In this document: positions 25,211 to 36,389 of the stretch, one piece after another
Layout of the letters: every line of letters starts with the position of its first letter
Position numbering within the stretch: the first letter of the stretch is position 1
From: an uncultured Rhodobacterales bacterium
GTDB taxonomy: Bacteria; Pseudomonadota; Alphaproteobacteria; Rhodobacterales; Rhodobacteraceae
DNA: 53,966 nt
NCBI GenBank assembly: GCA_964441435.1
Contig: CAYTUW010000001.1
Span: 1 to 53,966 of the forward strand
Reading direction: 5' to 3'
Translations under genes and position numbers: made by a program
Notes under the pieces: model-generated
Databases searched by the model: none
What the model was told of the DNA's origin: nothing
The model's input: the letters and a program-made list of their open reading frames with translations, nothing else

Positions 25211-27772
25211 ATGGCAGGTTACGAAGCCGCGAAACTCGAACCGAAATGGCAGGCCGCCTGGGAAGAGGCGGGCGTTTTCCGCGCTGAACGCGACCCGGAC
25301 CGTGAAAAATACTACGTGCTGGAAATGTTCCCTTACCCGTCGGGCCGCATCCATATGGGCCATGTCCGGAACTACACGATGGGCGATGTGGTGGCGCGTT
25401 ACAAAATGGCGTCGGGGTTTTCGGTGCTGCATCCGATGGGTTGGGATGCCTTTGGTCTGGCCGCCGAAAACGCCGCGATGGACAAAGGCGTGCATCCCGC
25501 CGACTGGACCTATCAGAACATCGCCGACATGAAGGCGCAGCTGAAACCGCTGGGCTTTTCGCTCGACTGGTCGCGTGAGGTCGCAACCTGTCATCCGGGC
25601 TACTACCAGCATCAGCAGGCAATGTTCATCGACTTTATGGAGAAGGGTCTGGTTTACCGCAAAGAGGCGGTGGTCAACTGGGATCCGGTCGATATGACCG
25701 TGCTTGCCAATGAACAGGTGATCGACGGCAAGGGCTGGCGCTCCGGCGCAGAGGTGGAGCGCAAGGCGCTGACGCAGTGGTTTTTCAAGATCAGTGACTA
25801 TTCCGAGGAATTGCTTGCGGCGATTGACACCCTCGACAACTGGCCGCCCAAGGTCAAGCTGATGCAGCAGAACTGGATCGGCAAATCGCGCGGGCTGGAA
25901 TTCGGATTTGATATGGTGACACCCGCTGCCGGATTTGACCGGATTGAGGTTTACACAACCCGCCCCGATACGCTGATGGGGGCGTCTTTCGTTGGGATTT
26001 CGCCGGATCATCCGTTGGCGCGCGCGCTGGAGGCGGAAAATGCTGACCTCGCCGCCTTCAACGCCGACTGCCGCAAGATGGACACCACAGAAGCGGCCAT
26101 GGAAAAAGCCGAAAAGAAAGGCTTCGATACCGGGCTCCGCGTTCGCCATCCGCTTGATCCGGAATGGGAACTCCCCGTCTGGATCGCCAATTTCATCCTG
26201 ATGGATTACGGCACCGGGGCGATTTTTGCCTGTCCGGCGCACGACCAGCGCGACCTCGATTTCTGCCGTAAATACGACCTGCCGGTGATTGACACCTTCT
26301 TTGCGCTCGACAATGACACCCCGGTTGGGGACATTGCCTTTGTTCCACCAAAAACCGAGCCTGTGACATGGGTTAACCATTTTGCCGGGCTGGATGTCGC
26401 CACAGGAGAGGATGCAATCGAAGCCACGGTCGATTTCGCTGAAAAGGCAGGCTGGGGCAAAGGGAAGGTTCAGTATCGCCTGCGCGATTGGGGGCTGTCG
26501 CGTCAACGATACTGGGGCTGCCCGATCCCGGTTGTGCATTGTGAGGCCTGCGGCGTTGTGCCTGAAAAGAAGGAAAACCTGCCGGTTGAATTGCCGTCCG
26601 ACGTGACCTTCGAAACGCCTGGCAACCCGCTCGACCGTCACCCGACATGGCGTGATGTGCCCTGCCCGTCCTGTGGTGCGCCCGCAAAGCGCGAAACCGA
26701 CACGATGGATACATTTGTCGATTCAAGCTGGTATTTCGCGCGGTTTACGGCACCGCGTGCTGACACGCCAACAAACATGGATGATGTCAGCTACTGGATG
26801 AATGTCGACCAGTATATCGGCGGGGTGGAACATGCGATCCTGCATCTGCTTTATTCCCGTTTCTTCGCCCGTGCGATGGCGATCTGCGGTCACATGCCTG
26901 AAACTGCCATTGAACCGTTTGACGCGCTGTTCACACAAGGCATGGTGACGCACGCGATCTATCGCAGCGAACGCGCCGATGGCCGCCCGGTCTTTCATTA
27001 CCCCGAAGAGGTGGAACTGAAAGACGGTAAGGCTTTCCTTAGGGATGGCGGGAAAGAAGTAACCATCGTCCCCTCTGCCAAAATGTCGAAATCGAAAAAC
27101 AACGTGGTTGATCCGCTCGAAATCATCCGCGATTTCGGCGCCGATACCGCACGCTGGTTCGTGATGAGCGACTCGCCACCTGAGCGTGATGTCGAATGGA
27201 CCGCCGCAGGGGCGGAAGCCGCGCATAAACATCTGTCTCGTGTCTGGATGCTCTGTGACCGCATCGAAAGGCTTCCGGACGGGGAAAACGGCGCTGAGGA
27301 TGAAAAACTCCTGCGCGCCATGCACCGTGCAATCCATGACGTGACCGTTGGGATTGACAGTTTTGCCTTCAATACCTCTGTGGCGAAACTTTACGCCTTC
27401 ACCAATGATATCAACAAATCCGATGCGGGCGGCACGGTTAAGAAACTGGCGATCAAGACACTTGCCCAGCTCATGTCGCCGATGACTCCGCATCTGGCCG
27501 AGGATATCTGGGCCCATCAGGGCGGCGAGGGCTTGGTCGTCAACGCGCCCTGGCCCAAGGCGGATGCGGCTTATCTGGTTGACGATACCGTGACCCTGCC
27601 GATCCAGATCAATGGCAAACGCAAAAGCGAAATCACCGTTGCCAAGGATCTGCCAAAGGAAGAGGTTGAAAAACTGGCGCTTGCCGATGATGCTGTGAAG
27701 CGTGCGCTTGATGGTGGCGCGCCGAAAAAGCTGATTGTTGTGCCGGGGCGCATTGTGAATGTCGTTATCTGA
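25211..27772 (+). CDS. leuS: Leucine--tRNA ligase
   Basis: 853 aa with [14 protein letters not shown] (HIGH region) and KMSKSKNN (KMSKS); full-length LeuS architecture. Confidence 0.97.
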   Translation: MAGYEAAKLEPKWQAAWEEAGVFRAERDPDREKYYVLEMFPYPSGRIHMGHVRNYTMGDVVARYKMASGFSVLHPMGWDAFGLAAENAAMDKGVHPADWTYQNIADMKAQLKPLGFSLDWSREVATCHPGYYQHQQAMFIDFMEKGLVYRKEAVVNWDPVDMTVLANEQVIDGKGWRSGAEVERKALTQWFFKISDYSEELLAAIDTLDNWPPKVKLMQQNWIGKSRGLEFGFDMVTPAAGFDRIEVYTTRPDTLMGASFVGISPDHPLARALEAENADLAAFNADCRKMDTTEAAMEKAEKKGFDTGLRVRHPLDPEWELPVWIANFILMDYGTGAIFACPAHDQRDLDFCRKYDLPVIDTFFALDNDTPVGDIAFVPPKTEPVTWVNHFAGLDVATGEDAIEATVDFAEKAGWGKGKVQYRLRDWGLSRQRYWGCPIPVVHCEACGVVPEKKENLPVELPSDVTFETPGNPLDRHPTWRDVPCPSCGAPAKRETDTMDTFVDSSWYFARFTAPRADTPTNMDDVSYWMNVDQYIGGVEHAILHLLYSRFFARAMAICGHMPETAIEPFDALFTQGMVTHAIYRSERADGRPVFHYPEEVELKDGKAFLRDGGKEVTIVPSAKMSKSKNNVVDPLEIIRDFGADTARWFVMSDSPPERDVEWTAAGAEAAHKHLSRVWMLCDRIERLPDGENGAEDEKLLRAMHRAIHDVTVGIDSFAFNTSVAKLYAFTNDINKSDAGGTVKKLAIKTLAQLMSPMTPHLAEDIWAHQGGEGLVVNAPWPKADAAYLVDDTVTLPIQINGKRKSEITVAKDLPKEEVEKLALADDAVKRALDGGAPKKLIVVPGRIVNVVI

Positions 27773-28247
27773 CCGCCGGATCTTTCTGACCTCCCTCGCC
27801 GCGCTTGCGGGCTGTGGGTTTACGCCGGTCTACGGGCCGGGCGGCGGCGGACTTGCATTTTATGGGCAAGTCGCCATCACCACACCGAATGATCGCAATG
27901 AATTCAACCTGGTGCGCCAGCTGGAACAGCGGTTGGGCCGCAATACGGGCGGGGCTTATGCCCTATCGTATGAGCTAAACCTGGTTGAAGACGAACTTGG
28001 TATTCTGCCCGACCAGACCATAACCCGCTATAATGTTTTGGGGCAGGCGAATTTCACGGTGATCCGTGTTGCCACCGATGAGGTCGTGACATCTGGCAAA
28101 GTCCAGAGTTTCACCAGCTATGCCGCGACCGGCACCACCGTAAGCACGCTGACCGCCGAAGGCGATGCCTATGCACGGTTGATGGTGATCCTTGCTGATC
28201 AGATCGTGACACGGCTGATGGCGACGGCGGACGCCTTTCAGGCATGA
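27759..28247 (+). CDS. lptE: LPS-assembly lipoprotein LptE
   Basis: Lipobox LAGC with GFTPVYG. Conserved position between leuS and holA. Overlaps the leuS stop. Confidence 0.75.
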   Translation: MSLSDRRIFLTSLAALAGCGFTPVYGPGGGGLAFYGQVAITTPNDRNEFNLVRQLEQRLGRNTGGAYALSYELNLVEDELGILPDQTITRYNVLGQANFTVIRVATDEVVTSGKVQSFTSYAATGTTVSTLTAEGDAYARLMVILADQIVTRLMATADAFQA

Positions 28248-29269
28248 AGCTTTCGGGTCGTGATGCCGCACGTTATTTCGCGCGCCCCGATCCCGCCAAA
28301 ACCGCGCTTTTGCTATATGGTGGCGACGCGATGCGGGTATCCCTTCGGCGTGAAGAGGTTATTTCCGCACTGGTCGGCCCGGAGGGGGAGGCCGAAATGC
28401 GCCTCACGCGGCTGCCCGCTGCCGATCTGCGCAAGGATAGCGCCGCGCTGTTGGATGGGGTCAAGGCACAAGGTTTTTTTCCTGGCGCACGGGTGGTTTT
28501 TGTTGATGGGGCAACCGACGGGCTGACGGATGTGTTTTCGGCGGCGCTTGCGGACTGGCAGGAAGGTGACGCGCAGATCGTGGTGACGGCGGGGTCGCTT
28601 AATGCCCGCTCAAAACTTCGCAAGCTGTTTGAAACGCACAGAAACTCCTATGCAATCGGTATATACGACGACCCGCCCAGCCGCGAAGAAATCGCGGCAA
28701 CGCTGGCGAAATCCGGTGTGTCCGAACCTGACCGCGACGCAATGAGCGCAATCGAAGCACTGGCGCGCACGCTTGACCCAGGTGACTTTCGCCAGACCAT
28801 TGAAAAGCTTGGCCTTTACAAGCTGAACGATCCCAGCCCTATATCCGTGGCGGAGGTGGAGGCCGTCGCCCCCCTATCCACCGAAGCCGCCCTTGATGAT
28901 GTACTGAACATCGTGGCCGAAGCTCAAAGTGATCAGATCGGCCCGGTGATGGCGCGCCTCAAAAGTCAGGGGATGCAACCGGTAAGCCTGTGCATCGGGG
29001 CAATGCGACACTTTCGGGCGCTGCATGTGGCGGCATCTGATCCCGGCGGGCCGGGGGCGGGGATGAACAGGTTGCGCCCACCGGTCTACGGGCCGCGGCG
29101 CGACCGGATGCAGCGGCAGGCACAGCAATGGGGGCTGCGGCGGCTTGAACAGGCGATAGCGATGTTGACGGAAACGGATCTGCAACTGCGCTCCGCCAGC
29201 CGCGCACCCGCGATGGCCGCCATGGAACGCACATTGGTGCGCCTTGCGATGCTTGGCCGCGCGCGTTGA
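28244..29269 (+). CDS. holA: DNA polymerase III subunit delta
   Basis: Size, position after leuS-lptE, ATGA overlap with lptE, and an N-terminal pattern (LLYGGD...) consistent with HolA. Confidence 0.8.
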   Translation: MKLSGRDAARYFARPDPAKTALLLYGGDAMRVSLRREEVISALVGPEGEAEMRLTRLPAADLRKDSAALLDGVKAQGFFPGARVVFVDGATDGLTDVFSAALADWQEGDAQIVVTAGSLNARSKLRKLFETHRNSYAIGIYDDPPSREEIAATLAKSGVSEPDRDAMSAIEALARTLDPGDFRQTIEKLGLYKLNDPSPISVAEVEAVAPLSTEAALDDVLNIVAEAQSDQIGPVMARLKSQGMQPVSLCIGAMRHFRALHVAASDPGGPGAGMNRLRPPVYGPRRDRMQRQAQQWGLRRLEQAIAMLTETDLQLRSASRAPAMAAMERTLVRLAMLGRAR

Positions 29270-29376
29270 GGCTCTATTACACGCCAAATTCGCCTCATTC
29301 CCTAAATCTAACCATCGAATTTGGTGCGATTTGACCGTTCATCAACCCACCCGGAGCTCTTCGCGATGAAAGCCCG

Positions 29377-30540
29377 TCAGGGCTTGAAAAGCGCCGCCTG
29401 ACGCCCGGCATGGCGCCCGGTCGCAAGGCAGGCGGTCATCAGGTAGCCGCCCGTAGGTGCCTCCCAATCCAGCATCTCGCCCGCGCAATAAACACCCGGT
29501 CTATCCTTAAGCATCAGCCCCTCATCCAGCGCATCAAACCGTATACCTCCGGCGGTCGATATCGCCTCATCCAGAGGGCGCGGCCCGGTATGTGCTACTC
29601 GCAACCCTTTGATTTGTTGCGTTAACACTTCCGGAAACTTCGACAGGGCCGGGGTGAACTCCCTCAGCAGCGCGATCTTCTCTGCTGACATGCCGGCCTT
29701 GCGCAAATGGTTGCTGACACTCTGCTTGCCACGCGGGCGGGACAGACGTTCCGCCAGTTTCTCCGCAGGTGTATCCGGCATCAGATCGAGCACCAGATCG
29801 GCCCCTTCACGCATTGCGCGCGACACGGCATAGATCCCGCCCCCTTCGATCCCGCGTTCGGAAATCACGAATTCCCCGCGCGAGGTTACATCGCTCGCCG
29901 TCAGCAACACACCCTTCACCGGTCGCCCAAAAAAGCGCTGCATATGCGTCGACCAGTTGACCTGAAACCCCATATTGGCAGGTTTGAATGGCGCAAACGC
30001 CGCCTTCGGCATCATCCCTGCCCAGGCGCCATCCGATCCCAGCCGCGCCCAGCTTGCGCCACCCATGGCCTGCACGCAGACATTTGGGCGGAGTGTCACG
30101 TCGCCTTCTGGCGTAGCAAATTGGAAACCACCTTCCATCCCCACCAACCGCCAGCGGGTCCGCAACTCCACACCCAGGCTGTCAAGCCTGCTGAGCCAGG
30201 CCCGCAGCAGTGGTGAGGCTTTCATTGCCTTCGGAAATACGCGACCGGTGGAGCCGGTAAACACCTCCTGGCCCAGCCCTTCGGCCCAGCGCCAAACCTC
30301 CTCCGGGCCAAAGGCCGCAACGATCTTTCGCAGTCTTTCAGGAGCATCCGAATACTGCGCTAAAAACACCTCAAGCGGTTCGTCCTTGGTGAGGTTCAAC
30401 CCACTTTTCCCGGCCATCAGCAGTTTTCGCGCAGGGGAAGGTTTTCCTTCCGCCACCACCACCTGACGCCCGGCACGCGCCAGTTCCTCTGCCGCCATCA
30501 GCCCGGCAGGACCAGCGCCAATGACCAACGCGTCGATCAT
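29377..30540 (-). CDS. HI0933/BaiN-like flavoprotein (TIGR03862-type)
   Basis: DALVIGAGPAGLMAAEELARAG dinucleotide fold, KLLMAGKSGLNLT, and C-terminal YCAGEMLDWEAPTGGY. Confidence 0.85.
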   Translation of the reverse strand: MIDALVIGAGPAGLMAAEELARAGRQVVVAEGKPSPARKLLMAGKSGLNLTKDEPLEVFLAQYSDAPERLRKIVAAFGPEEVWRWAEGLGQEVFTGSTGRVFPKAMKASPLLRAWLSRLDSLGVELRTRWRLVGMEGGFQFATPEGDVTLRPNVCVQAMGGASWARLGSDGAWAGMMPKAAFAPFKPANMGFQVNWSTHMQRFFGRPVKGVLLTASDVTSRGEFVISERGIEGGGIYAVSRAMREGADLVLDLMPDTPAEKLAERLSRPRGKQSVSNHLRKAGMSAEKIALLREFTPALSKFPEVLTQQIKGLRVAHTGPRPLDEAISTAGGIRFDALDEGLMLKDRPGVYCAGEMLDWEAPTGGYLMTACLATGRHAGRQAALFKP

Positions 30541-31877
30541 GGCTTTGGCGGCTCGCCTTTGAATTCCACGACACGATGCGGATAGGGAATTTGAATATCG
30601 TTCTCTTTCAGTGCGTTCCAGATCAGGAACAACACGTCAGAGGTGTATTTATTGTCCCCGTCGTCTATCCCGTTGACCCAGAATTCCACCGCGAAATCAA
30701 TGCCGCTGTCGCCAAATCCACGCAGCTCACAATCTGGCGGATAGGGTTTCTTGAGCACATCCTTATGCGTCGCCACGGCCTTTTCAACGATGTCAGGCAC
30801 CTGATTGATATCCGTGTCATAGCTCACTGAAAACGCCGCCTCGTAACGGTTGGCGGACCCGGCGTCGGAATAGTTTACCACCCGCGTTGTGATGAAATCC
30901 TCATTCGGGACAACAATCCAGCGCCCATCATAGGTTTCAAGGATCGTGGCGCGCGCGGTCATGCGGACGATGGTGCCGGCCTCCCCGCCGTCAAGTTCGA
31001 CATAGTCACCAACAGTTGCCTGCCCTTCGAGCAACAGAATGACACCGGAAATGAAGTTCGATGCGATTTTCTGAAGGCCGAAGCCAAGGCCGACACCAAT
31101 CGCGCCCCCCAGAACCGCAAGCGTCGAAAGGTTGATCCCCATGATGTTCAGCAGCAGCAGAAAGGCGATGCCGAAAATCGTGATCTCTGCCGCCTTTGCC
31201 GCTAGCTGGCGGGTGGCGGGGCGCAGTTCCTGTTGTTGCTGGATGTAGCCATGGCTTTGTTCGTTTGACCAGCGGCCCAGCCAGAACAGCAGCGCCCCTG
31301 CAATCAGCCCGCGCACCAAGGACATGACCGAAAAACTGATATTGCCAAGCTGGATGATCGTATCGCTGAGGTAGGCCGTCACCAGCGGCAGCGCCCCAAC
31401 GGCATAGAGTGCCATGGCAGGAACCAGCACATAGCGGCCAAGCAGTTTCAGGAACGGATCCTTGACGATGTCGCGGACTAGTGCGCGCGCCGCCAGGAAC
31501 AGGAACACGCGTTTTCCAAAGGCGATGACCGCACCAGATCCAAAGATGGATCGCGTGACCTCTTCCCCAATGGCGGTGAAGGCATAGGCCAACAGCGGCA
31601 GCAGAAGGGGCAGGAAAACCAGAACAAACCGGCGCAGGCGCGCGATGACGTGTTCCTGTTCCTGTGGCGGCGTCATAATCCGGTTCAGGACAGGCGACAG
31701 GCGGCGCGATGCGAACCATGCCAGCACGAAGGCGACGACAAGCAGCGCAAACTGTGACCAGGCCGCCGGGCTTAGCAGCCAGGATTGTACGATCCCCCAG
31801 CCCTCGCCCAGCCAGCCCAGCGCCGTGTCCATGATTGTTGTTTCACTGTCCATGCCACCCATCCTTGCACACACCAA
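30537..31877 (-). CDS. Mechanosensitive (MscS-family) ion channel
   Basis: Multiple N-terminal TM helices followed by GDYVELDGGEAGTIVRMTARATILETYDGRWIVVPNEDF. Confidence 0.85.
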   Translation of the reverse strand: MVCARMGGMDSETTIMDTALGWLGEGWGIVQSWLLSPAAWSQFALLVVAFVLAWFASRRLSPVLNRIMTPPQEQEHVIARLRRFVLVFLPLLLPLLAYAFTAIGEEVTRSIFGSGAVIAFGKRVFLFLAARALVRDIVKDPFLKLLGRYVLVPAMALYAVGALPLVTAYLSDTIIQLGNISFSVMSLVRGLIAGALLFWLGRWSNEQSHGYIQQQQELRPATRQLAAKAAEITIFGIAFLLLLNIMGINLSTLAVLGGAIGVGLGFGLQKIASNFISGVILLLEGQATVGDYVELDGGEAGTIVRMTARATILETYDGRWIVVPNEDFITTRVVNYSDAGSANRYEAAFSVSYDTDINQVPDIVEKAVATHKDVLKKPYPPDCELRGFGDSGIDFAVEFWVNGIDDGDNKYTSDVLFLIWNALKENDIQIPYPHRVVEFKGEPPKP

Positions 31878-31932
31878 TACCTGAGCGGATGCTCTGGCAT
31901 GAATGAGGGGTCTGAGACAAGGGAGAGGGTGT

Positions 31933-32565
31933 TCAGCGCGGCGATTCCGGTCTGGCGTAAGCCATCCCTTTGATCCCCGCGATATGGTCTGCCTTCGCCG
32001 ATAACGCGTCCGCGGCCAGTTCGCGGGCGCTGTCCATCAGCCCTTCGGGGGCAACAATCCGATCGATGAGACCCCAGGCCAGCGCTTCCTGCGCGTCAAT
32101 CTTCTGCCCGGCCATCAGGATCATCTTTGCCCGCGCCGGACCAACCAGCGCCGCAAGTCGTTGCGGGTCAGAGGGCTGCGGCAGAAACCCCAGTTTCATC
32201 ACCGGATAGAAAAACCGCGCGCCTGGCACGGCAATACGCACATCGCAGGCCAGCGCCATACCAAAGGCACCGCCCGCCAACGAACCATTGAGTGCCGCAA
32301 TCGTCAGGCACGGCAGGTTCGCAATCGCGCCTGACAGACGTTCCCACAGGGGTGAGGTTGCAAGCCCTTTTGGTGCTTCGTCCAGGTCTGCACCGGCGGA
32401 AAAAACATTCCCGGCCCCGGTCAGGACCAGCACCTTTGCCTGCCCATTGGCGGCTTCGGCGATTTCCGCCAGCCCTGTCAGCATGTCCCCGGTGAGCGCG
32501 TTCGCCTTATCAGGCCGTGTGATTGTCGCGGTCCAAAAGGCACCGTCTTTGGCAAGGTCGATCAT
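31933..32565 (-). CDS. Enoyl-CoA hydratase/isomerase (crotonase) family protein
   Basis: VLVLTGAGNVFSAGADLDE and NGSLAGGAFGMALACD. Confidence 0.85.
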   Translation of the reverse strand: MIDLAKDGAFWTATITRPDKANALTGDMLTGLAEIAEAANGQAKVLVLTGAGNVFSAGADLDEAPKGLATSPLWERLSGAIANLPCLTIAALNGSLAGGAFGMALACDVRIAVPGARFFYPVMKLGFLPQPSDPQRLAALVGPARAKMILMAGQKIDAQEALAWGLIDRIVAPEGLMDSARELAADALSAKADHIAGIKGMAYARPESPR

Positions 32566-33314
32566 GTCAGCCCGACCCGTTGGCGAATGGGTTCTTCCCG
32601 CAGCGATATTTCTTCGCCCAGGAATTCATCCGCATCGGGTGAACACATCCACAGGATCGCTTTGGCGGGCCAGTCAGCAGGGATATGCTCGACCCAATCG
32701 AGCTGGCTGACAGGATTGATGCCTGAGGCCTTGATTTCCCGCTGCATCTGCGTTGCCACGGTTCCCGGCGAAAGACCCATCACGCGGATGCCCCTGCCGC
32801 CCGCTTCCTTGTGGGCGCATTTCGTCAGCATCGCCGCCCCTGCCTTTGAGGTGCAGTAATGGCTCCAGCCTTCCAGTGCGTTGTGGGCCGCGCCGGAACT
32901 GATGGTGATGATGGTGCCCTGCCCCGCGTCGAGCATCCCTGGCAGCGCCGCACGCATACCGTAGTAGACCCCCTTGAGGTTGATATCCATGACCTGGCCC
33001 CAGTCCGCAGGGTCAGACTCTGCCAGAATGGATATCGGTTCCACCACACCTGCGTTGTTGATCAGGATATCAAGCCCGCCAAAATGATCCCCTGCCTTGC
33101 GCACCGCAGCCTCGACCTGATCAAATCGGCTGACATCGCCGGTGACCGCATAGGCCCGTTCCCCGATTTCGCCGGCGATCCGCATGATATCCCCGCCACT
33201 GCGCGCCATCAGCACAACATTGGCGCCCGCTGCGGCAAATTCCCGCGCTGTTGATTCACCAATGCCCCGGCTGGCGCCTGTGATCAGTACGGTTTTGTTC
33301 TGAAACTCTGTCAT
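32562..33314 (-). CDS. SDR-family oxidoreductase
   Basis: TGASRGIGES, NNAG, S...YxxxK (YCTSK). Confidence 0.9.
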   Translation of the reverse strand: MTEFQNKTVLITGASRGIGESTAREFAAAGANVVLMARSGGDIMRIAGEIGERAYAVTGDVSRFDQVEAAVRKAGDHFGGLDILINNAGVVEPISILAESDPADWGQVMDINLKGVYYGMRAALPGMLDAGQGTIITISSGAAHNALEGWSHYCTSKAGAAMLTKCAHKEAGGRGIRVMGLSPGTVATQMQREIKASGINPVSQLDWVEHIPADWPAKAILWMCSPDADEFLGEEISLREEPIRQRVGLT

Positions 33315-33422
33315 TCCTGTTCTCCAGCCGTAATATCGTCATAAAGGTATGGAACCTCTGCCCTTGACCGCTTGCCTGTCTGGGCAGACATTACACAAGA
33401 GCTATTCATAAAGAGGTCCGAG

Positions 33423-34931
33423 ATGACTCGACACATATCACTTGGCGGCATGATCGCCGCAACAAGTATTTCTTTTACCGGGGCCGCCTGGGCAGATGTT
33501 TCCGCGCAATCGGTGTGGGAGGACTGGAAAGCCTATATGGAAGGCACCGGATATGCCGTCAGCGGAACGGAATCCACCGAGGGCAATGTGCTGACGATTT
33601 CAGACCTTACCGCGACCTTTGACATCCCCGAAGGCGACGGCGAAGTGGTCGTTGACCTGCATACCATCGCCCTGACCGAAAACAACGATGGCAGCGTCAC
33701 CGTTGCGATGCCGCCCGAATATCAGATGCTTATCTCTTCGGGGGGCGATGATTTTGTACTGGGGCTGAATTTTGCCCAATCCGGCATGACCATTGTTGCC
33801 ACGGGTGACGACGCAGAAACCGCTTATGACTTTCTGGCACCGGAAATGGTGATCACCATGACCGAGTTGAAAGGCGACGGGCGGGATATTCCCGGCACGC
33901 TGAACGGCGTTATCAGCGGCTATCAGGGGCAGTTTCTGAAAACTGACGGTGATCTTACGTCGATGACCGGCACCGGGTCGGTCAATGCGGTCAGTGTCGA
34001 TCTGGAAATCAATGACCCTGTTGAAGAGGCACAGTTCGACCTCAACATGGGAATGGCCGATCTTGCGGTGACCTTTGCCGGTGCCCTGCCTGCGGATTAC
34101 GACCCGATCAATATGGCGGCGAATTTTGCGGCGGGACTTGATTTTTCCGGCACCTATGAAATTGGCAAAACCACGTTCGACCTGAAGGGGGCTGGTGACG
34201 GCGAAACCTTTTCCGTCGTTGGTACATCTGATTCCGCCAGTGTCGATTTTGCCATGAACAATCAGGCGTTCCTGCTTTCCGAACTGGCCAAAGGGGTCGA
34301 CGTGACGATCAGCGGGAGTTCGATCCCGCTGCCGGAAATCAATATCAGCGCGGCGGAATATGGCCTTAACTTTCTGATGCCAACCTCCCCCGCCGAAGAA
34401 CCGGGGGAACTGGCCCTTGGGCTGCGGCTTGTCGATCTTGCGGTTTCAGACATGATCTGGGGAATGTTTGATCCGGGTTCCGTTCTGCCACGCGATCCGG
34501 CCACTCTGATACTCGATCTGACGGGGCAGGCAAAACTGTTTGCGAACCTCTTCGACCCCGAACAGATGGAAGATGCAGCCATGACGGGCGCACCGGGGGA
34601 ATTGCATCAGCTTTCGCTCAATGACCTGACACTTCGCTTTGCCGGGGTTGATGCGACTGGCGCAGGGGCGTTCACCTTCGATAACGAAGACCTGGCCACC
34701 TATGATGGTTTGCCCCGCCCCGAAGGGCAGGCAGAATTTGAAATCAACGGTGCTAACGGGTTGCTCGACAATATCGTCGCAATGGGATTCCTGCCCGAAA
34801 ATGAGGCCATGGGCTTCCGCATGATGATGGGCCTGTTTGCCGTGCCGGGCGAGGGCGAGGATTCGCTGACCTCTAAGGTGGAAATCAACGCCGAGGGGCA
34901 TTTGCTCGTCAACGGGCAACGGCTGAAATAA
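33423..34931 (+). CDS. DUF2125-like periplasmic protein
   Basis: Signal peptide, then VWEDWKAYMEGTGY..., Asp/Gly/Thr-rich, ~500 aa. ATG 33423 preferred over the TTG at 33372. Confidence 0.6.
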   Translation: MTRHISLGGMIAATSISFTGAAWADVSAQSVWEDWKAYMEGTGYAVSGTESTEGNVLTISDLTATFDIPEGDGEVVVDLHTIALTENNDGSVTVAMPPEYQMLISSGGDDFVLGLNFAQSGMTIVATGDDAETAYDFLAPEMVITMTELKGDGRDIPGTLNGVISGYQGQFLKTDGDLTSMTGTGSVNAVSVDLEINDPVEEAQFDLNMGMADLAVTFAGALPADYDPINMAANFAAGLDFSGTYEIGKTTFDLKGAGDGETFSVVGTSDSASVDFAMNNQAFLLSELAKGVDVTISGSSIPLPEINISAAEYGLNFLMPTSPAEEPGELALGLRLVDLAVSDMIWGMFDPGSVLPRDPATLILDLTGQAKLFANLFDPEQMEDAAMTGAPGELHQLSLNDLTLRFAGVDATGAGAFTFDNEDLATYDGLPRPEGQAEFEINGANGLLDNIVAMGFLPENEAMGFRMMMGLFAVPGEGEDSLTSKVEINAEGHLLVNGQRLK

Positions 34932-34950
34932 GCCAAAACAAACCAATAAA

Positions 34951-34978
34951 AGCCGCCCCATTTGCGGGCGGCTTTTTT
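34951..34978 (+). terminator. Rho-independent terminator
   Basis: AGCCGCCC-catttgc-GGGCGGCT followed by TTTTTT. Confidence 0.8.
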
Positions 34979-35042
34979 CGTGGGGTTGCCGGAAACCACC
35001 CGGGCAATTAGGTCTGCGGGTGTCAACAGAAACGGAGACCGC

Positions 35043-36389
35043 ATGAAACACCTGTCAGATATCGCAGAGGCGATGCTTTCCGCCGCTCGTTCGGCAGGCG
35101 CGGATGAGGCTGACGCCATGGTGCTGACGGCGCAATCTTTATCGATAGATGTTCGCAACGGCACTCTGCAACAGGCGGAACGCTCTGAGGGAACCGAAAT
35201 CGGTTTGCGGGTTCTGGTCGGGCGTCGTCAGGCGGTGATCTCAACATCCGATATACGTCTTTCCGGGTTTCACGATCTGGCAGAGCGCGCCGTCGCCATC
35301 GCCTCCGATGCGCCAGAGGATCCCTTCTCAGGGCTGGCCTCTGTTGATCAGCTTGCCCTTGAAGTGGATGCGGCGGCGCTGGAACTATCCGATCCGGCAG
35401 ATGATCCCGATCCGGCGATCTTTCAGAAACATGCGGGCGAGGCGGAACAGGCCGCGCGCGGCGTTCCCGAAGTGACACAGGTTGACAGCAGCTCTGCCGG
35501 GTTCAGTCGGCATCGCATTCACCTGGCCGCAAGTAACGGGTTTCACGGAGGTTATGAACGCTCGGGCTATTTTACCTCTTGTGTGGCCATTTCCGGAAAC
35601 GGCACAGAGATGGAGCGTGATTACGATCACGATAGCCGCGTCTTTCGGACCGATCTGCGATCCCCGGCAGACATCGGCCGTATCGCGGGCGAGCGCGCTG
35701 TCGCGCGCAGCGGGGCGCGCCGCCCTGAAACCGGCAACTATCCTGTCCTGTTTGATGAACGTGTTTCATCCAGCCTGATCGGACATTTGCTTTCTGCAAT
35801 CAACGGTGTGGCAATCACCCGTGGCGCGTCCTGGCTGAAAGATGCCATGGAACAATCGGTTTTACCCGGTGACGTTACGCTTACACATGAACCGCTGCGG
35901 CCACGAATTGCTGGGTCCCGCCCCTTCGATGCTGAGGGGCTGCCGTCACGCCGTTTCGACCTTGTGAAGGATGGGATACTCAAAAACTGGGTGCTTGACC
36001 TGTCGGCAGCGCGAAAGCTTGGTATGGCCAGCACAGCACAGGCCAGCCGGTCTGTCGCTGCAATACCACAGCCCAGCGCCGGGAATGTCACCCTGGCCGG
36101 GGAGAGGCCCAAAACCCGGACAGAACTGCTGTCAGAGATGAACACCGGCCTTCTGGTGACCTCGCTGATCGGATCCACGATCAGCCCGACAACAGGAGAT
36201 TATTCCAGAGGCGCATCCGGTTTCTGGGTCGAAAACGGCGAAATCCAGTATCCGGTGCATGAATGCACAGTCGCGGGAAACCTGCGTCAGATGCTGGGGA
36301 ATGTTATGCTTGCCGACGATGCGCGGCAACATCGTTCACATGTTGTGCCGTCCCTCCTGGTGGAAAGGATGACCCTTGCAGGGAAGTGA
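35043..36389 (+). CDS. pmbA: TldD/PmbA-family metalloprotease
   Basis: 448 aa from ATG 35043. Family-typical C-terminus (GDYSRGASGFWVENGEI.YPV...T.AGN). Confidence 0.85.
   Translation: MKHLSDIAEAMLSAARSAGADEADAMVLTAQSLSIDVRNGTLQQAERSEGTEIGLRVLVGRRQAVISTSDIRLSGFHDLAERAVAIASDAPEDPFSGLASVDQLALEVDAAALELSDPADDPDPAIFQKHAGEAEQAARGVPEVTQVDSSSAGFSRHRIHLAASNGFHGGYERSGYFTSCVAISGNGTEMERDYDHDSRVFRTDLRSPADIGRIAGERAVARSGARRPETGNYPVLFDERVSSSLIGHLLSAINGVAITRGASWLKDAMEQSVLPGDVTLTHEPLRPRIAGSRPFDAEGLPSRRFDLVKDGILKNWVLDLSAARKLGMASTAQASRSVAAIPQPSAGNVTLAGERPKTRTELLSEMNTGLLVTSLIGSTISPTTGDYSRGASGFWVENGEIQYPVHECTVAGNLRQMLGNVMLADDARQHRSHVVPSLLVERMTLAGK

Noticed and set aside
25175-27517. 488-aa and 264-aa minus-strand ORFs (25175..26641 and 26723..27517)
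   Set aside because: Both are entirely antisense to leuS, which is unambiguous (HIGH and KMSKS motifs). Their Arg/Pro/His-rich products have no motifs. They are shadow ORFs.
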